NCBI GenBank assembly: GCA_050873125.1
Contig: JBNMIE010000001.1
Location: forward strand, 17,878 to 81,877
DNA from: Prevotella sp.
GTDB lineage: Bacteria > Bacteroidota > Bacteroidia > Bacteroidales > Bacteroidaceae
Reading direction: 5' to 3'
Length of the DNA: 64,000 bases
The notes below the pieces were generated by a model that was not told the DNA's origin, ran no database searches, and was given only the letters and a program-made list of their open reading frames with translations. Shown here one piece after another: positions 1 to 10,260 of this stretch; within the stretch, counting starts at the first letter, position 1, and each line of letters opens with the position of its first letter. The position numbers were made by a program, and so were the translations under genes.

Positions 1-1
1 G

Positions 2-115
2 GACAACAAGGTGGTGCACCAGCTCATCGACCTCGCACTCCTGCAGAACGGCATGCTGAAGGGCGCAGCCCTCAACAAGTTCCTCGAAAGAAGCGTGGAA
101 ATGATTGAAAAGTAA
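2..115 (+). CDS. htpG: HtpG (Hsp90) chaperone, C-terminal end (partial)
   Basis: Frame 2 reads DNKVVHQLIDLALLQNGMLKGAALNKFLERSVEMIEK*, matching the typical Bacteroidetes HtpG C-terminus. Confidence 0.85.
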   Translation, partial: DNKVVHQLIDLALLQNGMLKGAALNKFLERSVEMIEK

Positions 116-136
116 AGGTTTTATCCATACACTCAT

Positions 137-172
137 AAGGCGACAGACCGCGAAAGTCTGTCGCCTTTTTTG
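137..172 (+). terminator. Rho-independent terminator
   Basis: aaggcgacagac/gtctgtcgcctt stem followed by a T-run. Confidence 0.9.
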
Positions 173-286
173 TTTTTAATTGTTTTTAACGGAGCTATTT
201 GCGATTTTTCTTGTCAAACTTTTGTTTCGTACATTATTTTTTACTTACTTTGCAATAGAAACAATCACTCATTAAAACTATTCTTC

Positions 287-1378
287 ATGATGAACACGAC
301 CGAAACCGAGAATCGCTGTGGTCTGAAAAGAGAAGATTTCCAGACCACCATCAATGGGAAAAATACAGATTTGTATATCCTGAGAAACAAGAAAGGCAAC
401 GAAGTTGCAGTAACTAACTTTGGCGGCGCTGTATGCGCAATCATGGTGCCCGACCGCAACGGCAACTATGCCAACGTCATACAAGGACACGACAGCATAG
501 ACCATGTGGTGAACAGTCCTGAGCAGTATCTGTCCACATTGATCGGCAGATATGGCAACCGCATTTGCAAAGGAAAATTCCAGCTTCACGGAAAAGAGTA
601 CTCATTGGCTCTCAACGATGGTCCCAACTCTCTGCACGGCGGAAAGAAGGGATTCAACAGAAAAGTGTGGGACGCTCTCCAGATGAACGACCAGTCTGTG
701 GTGCTGAACTATGTAAGTTCCTATGGCGAGGAAGGTTACAGTGGCGAACTGAAAGTGACCGTCATCTACACCTTCACAGACGATGATGAATTCATCATCG
801 AATACATGGCGACCACCAACAAGAAGACCATCGTCAACCTGACACATCATGGTTTCTTCAGCCTCGCCGGCATCGCCAACCCGACACCTACCGTAGAGAA
901 TGTGAAGTGCGAAATCAACGCCGACTACTATCTGCCTATCGACAACACGTCGATTCCTACAGGTGAAATCAGATTTGTGGAAGGCACACCGTTCGACTTC
1001 CGCAAACCCAAGGCCATCGGCGACGAGATCAATGCGGACAACGAGCAGATCAAAAACGGATCCGGCTACGACCACAACTATGTGCTGAACAAGAAAGAGG
1101 AAGGCGAACTGAGTTTCGCTGCCCGTCTGACCGAGCCGACAAGCGGACGCACAATGGAAGTATACACCACCGAACCAGGTCTGCAGCTCTACACCGGCAA
1201 CTTCCTCTTCGGATTCGAAGGTGCCCACGGAGCCACATTCCCGAAGCGCAGCGCCATCTGTCTCGAGGCACAGCACTTCCCCGACACGCCAAACCATCCT
1301 TATTTCCCGTCTGTAGTGCTCAACCCTGGCGAGCAATACAAACAGAAGACCATCTACAAGTTTGGCATTGACAAATAA
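287..1378 (+). CDS. galM: Aldose 1-epimerase (galactose mutarotase), cytoplasmic
   Basis: GRYGNRI, NSLHGG, NLTHHGFF, GYDHNY and CLEAQHFPD motifs; ATG 287 preferred over the track's start at 170; adjacent to galK. Confidence 0.93.
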   Translation: MMNTTETENRCGLKREDFQTTINGKNTDLYILRNKKGNEVAVTNFGGAVCAIMVPDRNGNYANVIQGHDSIDHVVNSPEQYLSTLIGRYGNRICKGKFQLHGKEYSLALNDGPNSLHGGKKGFNRKVWDALQMNDQSVVLNYVSSYGEEGYSGELKVTVIYTFTDDDEFIIEYMATTNKKTIVNLTHHGFFSLAGIANPTPTVENVKCEINADYYLPIDNTSIPTGEIRFVEGTPFDFRKPKAIGDEINADNEQIKNGSGYDHNYVLNKKEEGELSFAARLTEPTSGRTMEVYTTEPGLQLYTGNFLFGFEGAHGATFPKRSAICLEAQHFPDTPNHPYFPSVVLNPGEQYKQKTIYKFGIDK

Positions 1379-1411
1379 ATATATCGTAACACCTTATATT
1401 ATTCACCTATA

Positions 1412-1447
1412 AAAGTTTCGCAAGCATACAAGTGCTTGCGAAACTTT
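1412..1447. other. Perfect 15-bp intra-operon hairpin
   Basis: aaagtttcgcaagca-tacaag-tgcttgcgaaacttt between galM and the transporter gene. Confidence 0.75.
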
Positions 1448-1477
1448 AACCAATTATCCAAAAACCAGAAAACTTAA

Positions 1478-2821
1478 ATGAGTAATCAAGCAAAACAACA
1501 AGGAGGAAACATTGTCGCCATCATCACGATGTGCTTCATCTTTGCCATGATTTCCTTCGTGACAAACATGGGTGCCCCCTTCGGCAACATCTGGGGCTAC
1601 AAATATGAGTGGGCTTCCATGATGGGCAACATGATGAACTTCGCCGCCTATCTCTTCATGGGCATCCCTGCAGGCAAGATGCTGGAAAGCAAGGGCTACA
1701 AGAAGACCGCACTCATCGCACTCGGCGTGGGCATCGTCGGTCTCGCCATCCAATACACATCCAGTGTCTTCGGCAACGACATCGCCGTGTTCAAGGTCAA
1801 TGGAGGTGATGTGTGCCTCAACCTCATCATCTATCTCCTCGGAGCCTTCATCTGCGGATTCTGCGTGTGCATGCTCAACACCGTGGTCAACCCTATGCTC
1901 AACCTCTTGGGCGGCGGCGGCAACCGCGGCAACCAGTTCATCCAGCTCGGTGGAACCCTCAACTCTCTGACCGCTACCCTCACCCCACTGCTGACCGGTG
2001 TGATGGTGGGCACAGTGACCAAGAACACGAGTATGAGCGACGTGGCTCCTCTGCTGTTCATCGGTATGGGCGTCTTCGCCATCGCCTTCGTGATCATCAG
2101 CATGGTCAACATCCCTGAGCCACAAGCCGAGCACAAGAACGAGAAATATGAGAGCAGCCCTTGGGCCTTCCGCCACTGCGTGTTGGGCGTCATAGGCATC
2201 TTCTTTTATGTGGGTGTGGAAATAGGCATTCCCGCACAGCTCAACTTCTATATCACCAACATGGGATTTGAGGGAGCAGCCTCTGTCGGCGGTGCCTTTG
2301 CCGCTGTCTATTGGCTTCTGATGATGTGCGGACGCTTCCTCAGCTCCTTCATCAGCGGCAGCGTGTCTACCAAGACGCAGATGACCGTTGTGTCGGCAGT
2401 TGCCATCCTCTTGTTGCTCATTGCCATCATCATGCCGGAATCCAACACCATCAACTTCAATATGAATGGTGACTCCAGCGTAGCACGATTCTTCAAGCTC
2501 GCCGCCAATGCCGGTGGCATGGTGGTATTCACCATTCCTACCAAGTGTGTGCTCATCGCGCTTTGTGGTCTCTGCACCTCCATCATGTGGGGCGGCATCT
2601 TCAACCTCGCCGTTGAGGGTCTCGGCAAATACACCGCACAGGCATCCGGCATCTTCATGATGATGGTGGTCGGCGGCGGCATCATGCCTCTGCTCCAGGA
2701 CGCCATCGCCAAGGCAGCCGGTCCTATCGCCAGCTACTGGCTCATCATCGCCATGGTGGCATATATCCTTGCCTACACCTTGTTTGGCAGCAAGAACGTG
2801 AACAAAGACATTCCAGTATAA
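1478..2821 (+). CDS. MFS glucose/galactose transporter (FucP/GluP family)
   Basis: About 12 TM segments; FFYVGVEIG and SIMWGGIFNLA motifs; lies between galM and galK. Confidence 0.9.
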   Translation: MSNQAKQQGGNIVAIITMCFIFAMISFVTNMGAPFGNIWGYKYEWASMMGNMMNFAAYLFMGIPAGKMLESKGYKKTALIALGVGIVGLAIQYTSSVFGNDIAVFKVNGGDVCLNLIIYLLGAFICGFCVCMLNTVVNPMLNLLGGGGNRGNQFIQLGGTLNSLTATLTPLLTGVMVGTVTKNTSMSDVAPLLFIGMGVFAIAFVIISMVNIPEPQAEHKNEKYESSPWAFRHCVLGVIGIFFYVGVEIGIPAQLNFYITNMGFEGAASVGGAFAAVYWLLMMCGRFLSSFISGSVSTKTQMTVVSAVAILLLLIAIIMPESNTINFNMNGDSSVARFFKLAANAGGMVVFTIPTKCVLIALCGLCTSIMWGGIFNLAVEGLGKYTAQASGIFMMMVVGGGIMPLLQDAIAKAAGPIASYWLIIAMVAYILAYTLFGSKNVNKDIPV

Positions 2822-2851
2822 ACAACATTGTTAAACCAAAACTTTAAAACT

Positions 2852-4012
2852 ATGGATATCGAACATGTAAGAAGTCGTTTCATCAAGCATTTTGATGGAC
2901 AAACAGGTAACATATATGCGTCACCAGGCCGTATCAACCTCATCGGAGAGCACACCGACTATAATGGTGGCTTCGTATTCCCCGGCGCAGTGGACAAGGG
3001 CATCATGGCAGAAGTTCGCCCCAACGGCACCAACACCGTGATGTGCTACTCCATCGACCTCAAGGATCGTGTGGAATTCAAGGTAGACGACCCCAAGGGA
3101 CCGAAGGCCAGCTGGGCACGCTACATCTATGGCATCGTGCAGGAAATGCGCAAACTGGGTGTGGACGTGAAAGGTTTCAACACAGCCTTCTCGGGTGACG
3201 TGCCTCTCGGAGCGGGCATGTCCTCATCCGCTGCCCTCGAGAGCTGCTTCGCCTATGCCATCAACGACCTCTTCGCCGACAACCGCATCTCCAAGTGGGA
3301 CATGGTGTTGGCAGGTCAGGCCACAGAACACAACTACTGCGGAGTGAACTGCGGTATCATGGACCAGTTTGCCAGCGTGTTCGGCAAGGAAGGATGCCTG
3401 ATGCGTCTCGACTGCCGCAGCCGCGAGTTTGAATACTTCCCATTCAAGCCTGTAGGCTACAAGCTGGTGTTGCTCGACTCCGTCGTGAAACACGAACTGG
3501 CCGGTTCTCCTTACAACGACCGCCGCAACAGCTGCGAGAACGTGGTGAAACACATCGCCGCCAAGCATCCGGAAGGCAAGTTTGACACCCTGCGCGACTG
3601 CACATGGGAACAGCTTGACGAGGTGCGCCAGGAAGTGGGCGAGGAAGACTACAAACGCGCTCGCTTCGTGCTCGGCGAGAAAGACCGTGTGCTTGCCGTG
3701 TGCGACGCCCTCAACGCCGGCGACTACGAAACCGTTGGCAAGAAGATGTATGAGACTCACGAGGGCCTGTCAAAAGACTACGAGGTGAGCTGCGAGGAGC
3801 TCGACTATCTCAACGACCTCGCCAAGGCCAACGGTGTGACAGGAAGCCGCATCATGGGTGGCGGTTTCGGAGGCTGCACCATCAACCTGGTAAAGGATGA
3901 ACTCTATGACAAGTTCATCGCCGACGCCAAAGAGAAGTTCGCCGCCAAATACGGTCATGAGCCAAAAGTTTATGACGTGGTCATCAGCGACGGATCCAGA
4001 AAGATCTGCTAA
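2852..4012 (+). CDS. galK: Galactokinase
   Basis: PGRINLIGEHTDYN, PLGAGMSSSAA, CGIMDQF and GSRIMGGGFGG GHMP motifs. Confidence 0.97.
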   Translation: MDIEHVRSRFIKHFDGQTGNIYASPGRINLIGEHTDYNGGFVFPGAVDKGIMAEVRPNGTNTVMCYSIDLKDRVEFKVDDPKGPKASWARYIYGIVQEMRKLGVDVKGFNTAFSGDVPLGAGMSSSAALESCFAYAINDLFADNRISKWDMVLAGQATEHNYCGVNCGIMDQFASVFGKEGCLMRLDCRSREFEYFPFKPVGYKLVLLDSVVKHELAGSPYNDRRNSCENVVKHIAAKHPEGKFDTLRDCTWEQLDEVRQEVGEEDYKRARFVLGEKDRVLAVCDALNAGDYETVGKKMYETHEGLSKDYEVSCEELDYLNDLAKANGVTGSRIMGGGFGGCTINLVKDELYDKFIADAKEKFAAKYGHEPKVYDVVISDGSRKIC

Positions 4013-4037
4013 GAAGAACGCTAAAACACCTTTATAT

Positions 4038-4073
4038 AGAGCGTGCACTCCGAACGGAGTGCACGCTCTTTTT
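4038..4073 (+). terminator. Rho-independent terminator after galK
   Basis: agagcgtgcactcc/ggagtgcacgctct stem followed by a T-run. Confidence 0.9.
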
Positions 4074-4099
4074 CATTGCAACAGACCCGTCTAATGTTT

Positions 4100-4186
4100 A
4101 AAAAGTGTTATTTACCAACATTGCTGTGAAAAAACCTTGAGCAGAAAGATACAACATTAGGATATTTATTGTAATTTTACACCCAA
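4100..4186 (+). promoter_or_regulatory. Putative ara promoter region with candidate NrtR-family (AraR) operator(s)
   Basis: AAAAGTGTTATTTACC at 4101 (GT-N7-AC core) and TTGTAATTTTACACCC at 4169, the latter overlapping a degenerate -7 box (TAATTTTA). Confidence 0.4.
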
Positions 4187-4216
4187 ATCAATCATAAACC
4201 AAATCAGCAATCAATC

Positions 4217-5386
4217 ATGAAAAAAGCAAAGTCATTGTTATTGGGAGCGGGAATCGCCACAATGCTTCTCGCAGCCTGCCAGTCAGAGCCTGTGTCCAAC
4301 CTCACAGTGTCCGGTCTCGATCCGGCGGCTTTCGACTCCACCATCAACAATAAACCCGTGAAGCTCTATACGCTTAAGAACGACAACGGAATGGAAGTGT
4401 GCATCACCAATTTCGGCGGTCGTGTGGTTTCGCTCGTTGTGCCCGACAGAAACAAGACTCCTACCGATGTGGTGCTGGGCTACGACAACCTCAAGCAGTA
4501 TACCGACTCGGTGAACAGTCCGAGCGACTTCGGCTCTACAGTAGGCCGCTATGCCAACCGCATCAACAAGGGAAAGTTGACCGTTGCCGGCAAGAAATAC
4601 CAACTGCCCCGCAACAACTTCGGCCACTGTCTCCATGGCGGTCCGTCCGGATGGATGTATCAAGTGTATGACGCCGACCAGCCCAACGACTCCACACTGA
4701 AACTGAAGATTGTCTCACCCGACGGAGACAATGGATTCCCCGGCACCGTGACTGCCACAGCCACCTACACCGTGCTGAGCGACAACACCCTCGACATCAA
4801 GTTTGAGGCCACCACAGACAAGGAGACCGTGGTCAACATGACCAACCACAGCTACTTCAACCTGAACGGTGACCCATCGAAGCCAGGCACCAACATGATT
4901 CTCTATGTCAATGCCGACTACTTCACACCGACAGACTCCACCTATATGACGACAGGTCAGGTGCTCCCAGTGTTCAGCAGTCCATTTGACTTCCGCAAGC
5001 CAAGAGCCCTCTACACCACCATCGACGACACGACCAACTATCTCATCAAGAACGCTCAAGGCTATGACCACAACTGGTGTCTGAACACTTATAAGAATGG
5101 CAAGGGCGACGACACCAAGGTGTGCGCCTCGCTCTACTCGCCCACCACAGGCATCTTCCTGCGCATGTATACCAATGAACCTGGCGTACAAGTATATACA
5201 GGCAACTTCCAGGGCACAGGTATCAAGTGCAAACATGGCATCAAATATCCGAAACACGTGTCCGTGTGTCTCGAGAGCCAGAAATATCCCGATGCCCCCA
5301 ACAAGAAGAAATGGCCATCACCCTATCTGAAACCAGGTGAGAAATACTATAGTCACGTGGCCTATAAATTCTCTGTGAAAGAATAA
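4217..5386 (+). CDS. Aldose 1-epimerase, lipoprotein (arabinose mutarotase, AraM-like)
   Basis: Signal peptide ending LLAAC (lipobox); GRYANRI, HCLHGG, NMTNHSYFNL and GYDHNW motifs. Confidence 0.9.
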   Translation: MKKAKSLLLGAGIATMLLAACQSEPVSNLTVSGLDPAAFDSTINNKPVKLYTLKNDNGMEVCITNFGGRVVSLVVPDRNKTPTDVVLGYDNLKQYTDSVNSPSDFGSTVGRYANRINKGKLTVAGKKYQLPRNNFGHCLHGGPSGWMYQVYDADQPNDSTLKLKIVSPDGDNGFPGTVTATATYTVLSDNTLDIKFEATTDKETVVNMTNHSYFNLNGDPSKPGTNMILYVNADYFTPTDSTYMTTGQVLPVFSSPFDFRKPRALYTTIDDTTNYLIKNAQGYDHNWCLNTYKNGKGDDTKVCASLYSPTTGIFLRMYTNEPGVQVYTGNFQGTGIKCKHGIKYPKHVSVCLESQKYPDAPNKKKWPSPYLKPGEKYYSHVAYKFSVKE

Positions 5387-5416
5387 ATCAACCAAAACCT
5401 ATAACAAAATCAAGAC

Positions 5417-7099
5417 ATGCAATTATTAGACTGGATTGTGATAGGTGTCTTTTGCTTGGCACTTATCGGTATCGTAGTATGGGTTGTCAAACAGAAAAAC
5501 AACAACTCAGCAGACTATTTCTTAGGTGGCAAGGATGCCACATGGATTGCCATCGGCGCCTCCATCTTCGCTTCAAACATCGGTTCTGAACACCTCATCG
5601 GCCTCGCCGGCGCCGGCGCATCGAGCGGTATGGCCATGGCCCACTGGGAGATACAGGGATGGATGATCCTCATCCTCGGATGGGTGTTCGTACCGTTCTA
5701 CACTCGTTCAATGGTATACACCATGCCTGAGTTCCTCGAACGCAGATATAACAAGGAGAGCCGCACCATCCTGTCGGTCATCTCCCTGATCAGCTATGTG
5801 CTCACGAAAGTGGCCGTGACGGTCTATGCCGGCGGTCTGGTGTTCCAGCAAGTGTTCGGCATCAAGGAATTGTGGGGCATCGACTTCTTCTGGATTGCCG
5901 CCATCGGCTTGGTGCTCATCACAGCGCTCTATACCATCTTCGGTGGTATGAAGAGCGTGCTCTACACCTCCGTGCTGCAAACACCTATCCTGCTCTTGGG
6001 TTCTCTCATCATCCTTGTGCTCGGTCTGAAAGCCGTGGGTGGATGGGACCAAGTGATGAACATCTGCTCGCTTGAGCCTGTCAACGACTATGGCGACCAC
6101 ATGACCGACCTTATCCGCGACCTCCGCGACCCACAATATCCTTGGTTGGGAGCCTTGGTCGGCTCTGCCGTCATCGGCTTCTGGTATTGGTGTACCGACC
6201 AGTATATCGTGCAGCGTGTGCTCTCGGGTAAAAACGAGAAAGAGGCCCGCCGCGGTACTATCTTCGGCGCCTATCTGAAGTTGCTCCCTGTATTCATCTT
6301 CCTCATTCCCGGCATGATTGCCTATGCCCTCAACCAGAAGACGGGCGGCGTGTTCCTGCCTGTCGACGCCAACGGCATGACCCTCAGCGATGCCGCCTTC
6401 CCCACCCTTGTGGCTAAAATTCTGCCTGCCGGTGTGAAAGGTCTTGTGGTGTGCGGTATTCTCGCAGCCCTGATGAGTTCGCTCGCTTCGCTGTTCAACT
6501 CTTCAGCCATGCTCTTCACCATCGACTTCTACAAGCGTCTGCGTCCTCAGACATCCGAGAAAGCGCTCGTGCGCATCGGCCAGATAGCCACCGTTGTCAT
6601 CGTCATCCTGGGCATCCTCTGGATTCCTATCATGCGCAGTGTGGGCAATGTGCTCTATAACTATCTGCAAGACGTGCAGAGCGTGCTGGCTCCAGGTATC
6701 GCCGCAGCCTTCCTGCTCGGCATTTGTTGGAAGCGTACTTCCGCAAAAGGCGGTATGTGGGGATTGCTCGCCGGCATCATCATCGGTATGACACGTCTGG
6801 GTGCGAAAGTATACTACAGCAATGTCACCGATGCCTCAGACAACTGGTTCAAGGCTGTGTTCTATGACTTCAACTGGCTCTATTTCTGCGGTGCCATGCT
6901 CGTGGTATGCTGTCTGATTGTTGTCATCGTCAGCCTCTGCACCCCTGCTCCATCGCCCGAAAAGATCCAAGGTCTGGTGTTCGGCACCTCTACCCCCGAA
7001 CAGCGTGCCGCCACCCGTGCCAGCTGGAACAAATGGGATGTCATCAATACGGTTATCATCCTGGGCATCACGGTAGCCTTCTACATTTATTTCTGGTAA
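5417..7099 (+). CDS. Sodium:solute symporter (SGLT-like), probable arabinose permease
   Basis: ASNIGSEHLIGLAG, TMPEFLERRY, WYWCTDQYIVQR and AALMSSLAS motifs. Confidence 0.92.
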   Translation: MQLLDWIVIGVFCLALIGIVVWVVKQKNNNSADYFLGGKDATWIAIGASIFASNIGSEHLIGLAGAGASSGMAMAHWEIQGWMILILGWVFVPFYTRSMVYTMPEFLERRYNKESRTILSVISLISYVLTKVAVTVYAGGLVFQQVFGIKELWGIDFFWIAAIGLVLITALYTIFGGMKSVLYTSVLQTPILLLGSLIILVLGLKAVGGWDQVMNICSLEPVNDYGDHMTDLIRDLRDPQYPWLGALVGSAVIGFWYWCTDQYIVQRVLSGKNEKEARRGTIFGAYLKLLPVFIFLIPGMIAYALNQKTGGVFLPVDANGMTLSDAAFPTLVAKILPAGVKGLVVCGILAALMSSLASLFNSSAMLFTIDFYKRLRPQTSEKALVRIGQIATVVIVILGILWIPIMRSVGNVLYNYLQDVQSVLAPGIAAAFLLGICWKRTSAKGGMWGLLAGIIIGMTRLGAKVYYSNVTDASDNWFKAVFYDFNWLYFCGAMLVVCCLIVVIVSLCTPAPSPEKIQGLVFGTSTPEQRAATRASWNKWDVINTVIILGITVAFYIYFW

Positions 7100-7100
7100 T

Positions 7101-7778
7101 ATGACAGAGTTCTATAAAGACCATACCAAAGTCTACGTCGCGGTGGACTGCATCATTTTCGGCTTCGAGGCAGACAAGTTGAAGTTGCTCCTCGGCCGAA
7201 GACAGATGGACCCGGGACGTGGGCAATGGTCGCTCTACGGAGGTTTCGTCGGAGTAGACGAGAGCGTGGACGACGCCGCCTATCGAGTGCTGAAAGACCT
7301 TACGGGTCTGAAGCAAGTATACATGAAACAAGTAGGCGCCTTCGGAGCTGTCGACCGAGACCCGGGTGAGCGGGTTGTCTCCATCGCCTATTGCGCGCTC
7401 ATCAACGTGAAAGACTATGACGAGAAACTTCTGAAGGAGCACAATGTGGAATGGGTCAACGTGGAAGACATGCCACGACTCTATTCCGACCACAACGACA
7501 TGGTCAGCGAGGCGCTTTCCATCCTCCGGAGAAGAATCGCCACGGAACCTATCTGCTTCAATCTCCTGCCCGACCTCTTCACGCTCACCCAACTGCAGCA
7601 CGTGTATGAGGCCATACAAGGAGAGGAGACGGACAAGAGAAACTTCAGAAAGAAAATCAAGAGTATGGAGTTTATCGAGAAGACTGAACTCATCGACCGC
7701 AAGACATCCAAACGCGGTGCCGCCCTGTTCCGCTTCAACAAAAAAGCCTATAAGGACGAGGCCGTGTTTAAACTATAA
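7101..7778 (+). CDS. araR: NrtR-family (Nudix + wHTH) regulator, AraR-like
   Basis: [10 protein letters not shown], degenerate Nudix box, [18 protein letters not shown] and DKRNFRKK motifs; located inside the arabinose cluster. Confidence 0.85.
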   Translation: MTEFYKDHTKVYVAVDCIIFGFEADKLKLLLGRRQMDPGRGQWSLYGGFVGVDESVDDAAYRVLKDLTGLKQVYMKQVGAFGAVDRDPGERVVSIAYCALINVKDYDEKLLKEHNVEWVNVEDMPRLYSDHNDMVSEALSILRRRIATEPICFNLLPDLFTLTQLQHVYEAIQGEETDKRNFRKKIKSMEFIEKTELIDRKTSKRGAALFRFNKKAYKDEAVFKL

Positions 7779-7806
7779 CACATTAAAACCAAGACATTTA
7801 AACAAT

Positions 7807-8511
7807 ATGCTTGAAGAACTGAAAGAAAAAGTATTCCGTGCCAACCTTGACCTTGTGAAGCACAATCTTGTGATCTTCACCTGGGGCAATGTGTCTGGCA
7901 TCGACCGAGAGAAAGGACTTGTGGTCATCAAGCCCTCAGGAGTGAGCTACGACACGATGAAAGCGTCTGACATGGTCGTGGTAGACCTGCAGACAGGCAA
8001 AGTGGTGGAAGGAGACCTCAACCCTTCTTCCGACACGCCAACCCACCTCGTGCTCTATCGTGCCTTCCCTGAAATCGGCGGCATCGTACATACCCATTCC
8101 ACCTATGCCACCGCATGGGCACAGGCAGGAAAAGACATCCCCAACATCGGCACCACACACGCCGACTATTTCCACGACGACATTCCTTGCACGGCAGACA
8201 TGACTGAAGCCGAGGTCAAGGGCGACTATGAGTTGGAAACGGGCAACGTGATCGTGAAGCGCATCAAGGACGGCAACATCAACCCCGTACACACTCCCGG
8301 CGTGCTCGTGAAGAACCACGGACCTTTCTCTTGGGGCAAGGATGCTGACAATGCTGTCTACAATGCCGTGGTGATGGAACAGGTGGCCAAAATGGCTTTC
8401 ATCTCGTTCTCCGTCAACCCCAACACAACCATGAATCCTCTGCTTATTGAGAAGCACTTCAGCCGTAAGCATGGCCCCAACGCCTACTACGGACAGAAGA
8501 AAAAGCAATAG
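7807..8511 (+). CDS. araD: L-ribulose-5-phosphate 4-epimerase
   Basis: [32 protein letters not shown] and [11 protein letters not shown] motifs; real start is ATG 7807. Confidence 0.96.
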   Translation: MLEELKEKVFRANLDLVKHNLVIFTWGNVSGIDREKGLVVIKPSGVSYDTMKASDMVVVDLQTGKVVEGDLNPSSDTPTHLVLYRAFPEIGGIVHTHSTYATAWAQAGKDIPNIGTTHADYFHDDIPCTADMTEAEVKGDYELETGNVIVKRIKDGNINPVHTPGVLVKNHGPFSWGKDADNAVYNAVVMEQVAKMAFISFSVNPNTTMNPLLIEKHFSRKHGPNAYYGQKKKQ

Positions 8512-8546
8512 GCAGGATCAAAAACACTCAAGAAAAACGAACTGTT

Positions 8547-10148
8547 ATGAATAAACAAAATGCAGCGTCCACCATCAAGGCCGGCAAAGCGGTTCTCGGT
8601 ATCGAGTTTGGCTCGACCCGAATCAAAGCCGTCTTGATTGACCAGGACAACAACCCGATAGCCCAGGGTAGCCATGAATGGGAAAACCAACTCGTGGACG
8701 GACTCTGGACCTATAGCATAGATGCCATTTGGCATGGACTGCAAGACTGCTATGCTGACTTGCGCGCACAAGTGAAAAAGGAATACGATGCTGAAATAGA
8801 ACAGTTGGCTGCCATTGGCATCAGTGCCATGATGCACGGCTATATGGCATTTGACAAGAACCAGCAGATTCTTGTGCCCTTCCGCACTTGGCGTAACACC
8901 AACACAGGTGAGGCAGCAGCAGAACTGTCAAAGCTGTTCCATTTCAATGTTCCCCTGCGCTGGAGCATCTCACATCTCTACCAAGCCATTCTGAACGGAG
9001 AAAGCCATGTCAACGACATTGACTATCTCACGACTCTTGCCGGCTATATCCATTGGCAACTGACTGGCGAGAAAGTGTTAGGAATCGGCGACGCTTCGGG
9101 CATGCTGCCCATCGACGCCAACACCAAGCAGTATTCCGCAGCGATGGTAGACAAGTTCAATGCTCTTGTCGCCGACAAGCATCTCGGTTGGACCGTGCTT
9201 GATATTCTTCCAAAGATTCTCAATGCGGGCGAGCCTGCCGGCACACTGACCGCCGAAGGCGCCAGTCGCCTCGACGTGTCGGGACATCTAAAGGCTGGCA
9301 TTCCACTCTGTCCGCCAGAAGGCGATGCAGGCACAGGCATGGTGGCCACCAACGCCGTACGTCCCCGTACAGGCAATGTGTCGGCCGGAACCTCATCCTT
9401 CTCGATGATTGTACTCGAGAAGGATCTCTCCCAACCCTATGAACCCATCGACATGGTGACTACACCTGACGGCAGTCCGGTGGCAATGGTTCACTGCAAT
9501 AACTGCACTTCCGACCTCAACGCATGGGTTCACATCTTCAAGGAATTCCAAGAGTTGATGGGCATGCCTGTCGACATGAACGAACTGTTCGGCAAACTCT
9601 ACAACCATGCGCTGGAGGGTGACGCTGACTGTGGCGGCCTCATCGCCTACAACTATTTCTCCGGCGAGCCTGTCGCAGGACTGGCTGAGGGCCGTCCCAT
9701 GTTCATCCGTTCCGCCAACGACAAGTTCTCGCTCGCCAACTTCATGCGCGCCAACCTCTACGCTTCTGTTGCCGTGCTGAAAATAGGCAACGACATTCTC
9801 TTCAACAAGGAGCATGTGAAGGTGGACCGCATCACGGGCCATGGAGGTCTCTTCAAGACCAAGGGTGTGGGCCAGCGCATTCTCGCCGCCGCCATCAATT
9901 CTCCCATCTCGGTCATGGAGACAGCAGGAGAAGGCGGAGCCTGGGGTATCGCCCTCTTGGCTGGCTATCTGGTGAACAACAAGGAGCACCTGTCGCTCGC
10001 CGACTATCTCGACAAACAAGTGTTTGCGGGCAACACGGGCGAGGAAATCGCTCCTACACCCGAAGACGTTGAGGGCTTCAACGCCTATATCAAGAACTAT
10101 GAAGCCTCTCTGCCTGTGGAACAAAAGGCAGTGGAATGCAAGAAATAA
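8547..10148 (+). CDS. araB: FGGY-family sugar kinase, L-ribulokinase (AraB-like)
   Basis: [36 protein letters not shown] and GEGGAWG motifs; arabinose context. Confidence 0.85.
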   Translation: MNKQNAASTIKAGKAVLGIEFGSTRIKAVLIDQDNNPIAQGSHEWENQLVDGLWTYSIDAIWHGLQDCYADLRAQVKKEYDAEIEQLAAIGISAMMHGYMAFDKNQQILVPFRTWRNTNTGEAAAELSKLFHFNVPLRWSISHLYQAILNGESHVNDIDYLTTLAGYIHWQLTGEKVLGIGDASGMLPIDANTKQYSAAMVDKFNALVADKHLGWTVLDILPKILNAGEPAGTLTAEGASRLDVSGHLKAGIPLCPPEGDAGTGMVATNAVRPRTGNVSAGTSSFSMIVLEKDLSQPYEPIDMVTTPDGSPVAMVHCNNCTSDLNAWVHIFKEFQELMGMPVDMNELFGKLYNHALEGDADCGGLIAYNYFSGEPVAGLAEGRPMFIRSANDKFSLANFMRANLYASVAVLKIGNDILFNKEHVKVDRITGHGGLFKTKGVGQRILAAAINSPISVMETAGEGGAWGIALLAGYLVNNKEHLSLADYLDKQVFAGNTGEEIAPTPEDVEGFNAYIKNYEASLPVEQKAVECKK

Positions 10149-10156
10149 TCGAAATC

Positions 10157-10203
10157 AAAAAAGGCGTGATGCACACACAGGCGTGGGGTGCATCACGTTT
10201 TTT
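10157..10203 (+). terminator. Terminator-like hairpin between araB and the GH51 gene
   Basis: gcgtgatgcac/gtgcatcacgt stem flanked by an A-run and a T-run. Confidence 0.75.
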
Positions 10204-10260
10204 GTTTCAGTGAACTTGCCCACGCCTACGTACTATTAATACATAAACAGACATATCGTA

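Noticed and set aside
170-286. N-terminal extension of GalM
   Set aside because: It runs through the terminator tail and promoter region; ATG 287/290 is more plausible
7444-7806. N-terminal extension of AraD (355-aa ORF in the track)
   Set aside because: It overlaps araR in another frame; AraD homology begins at ATG 7807
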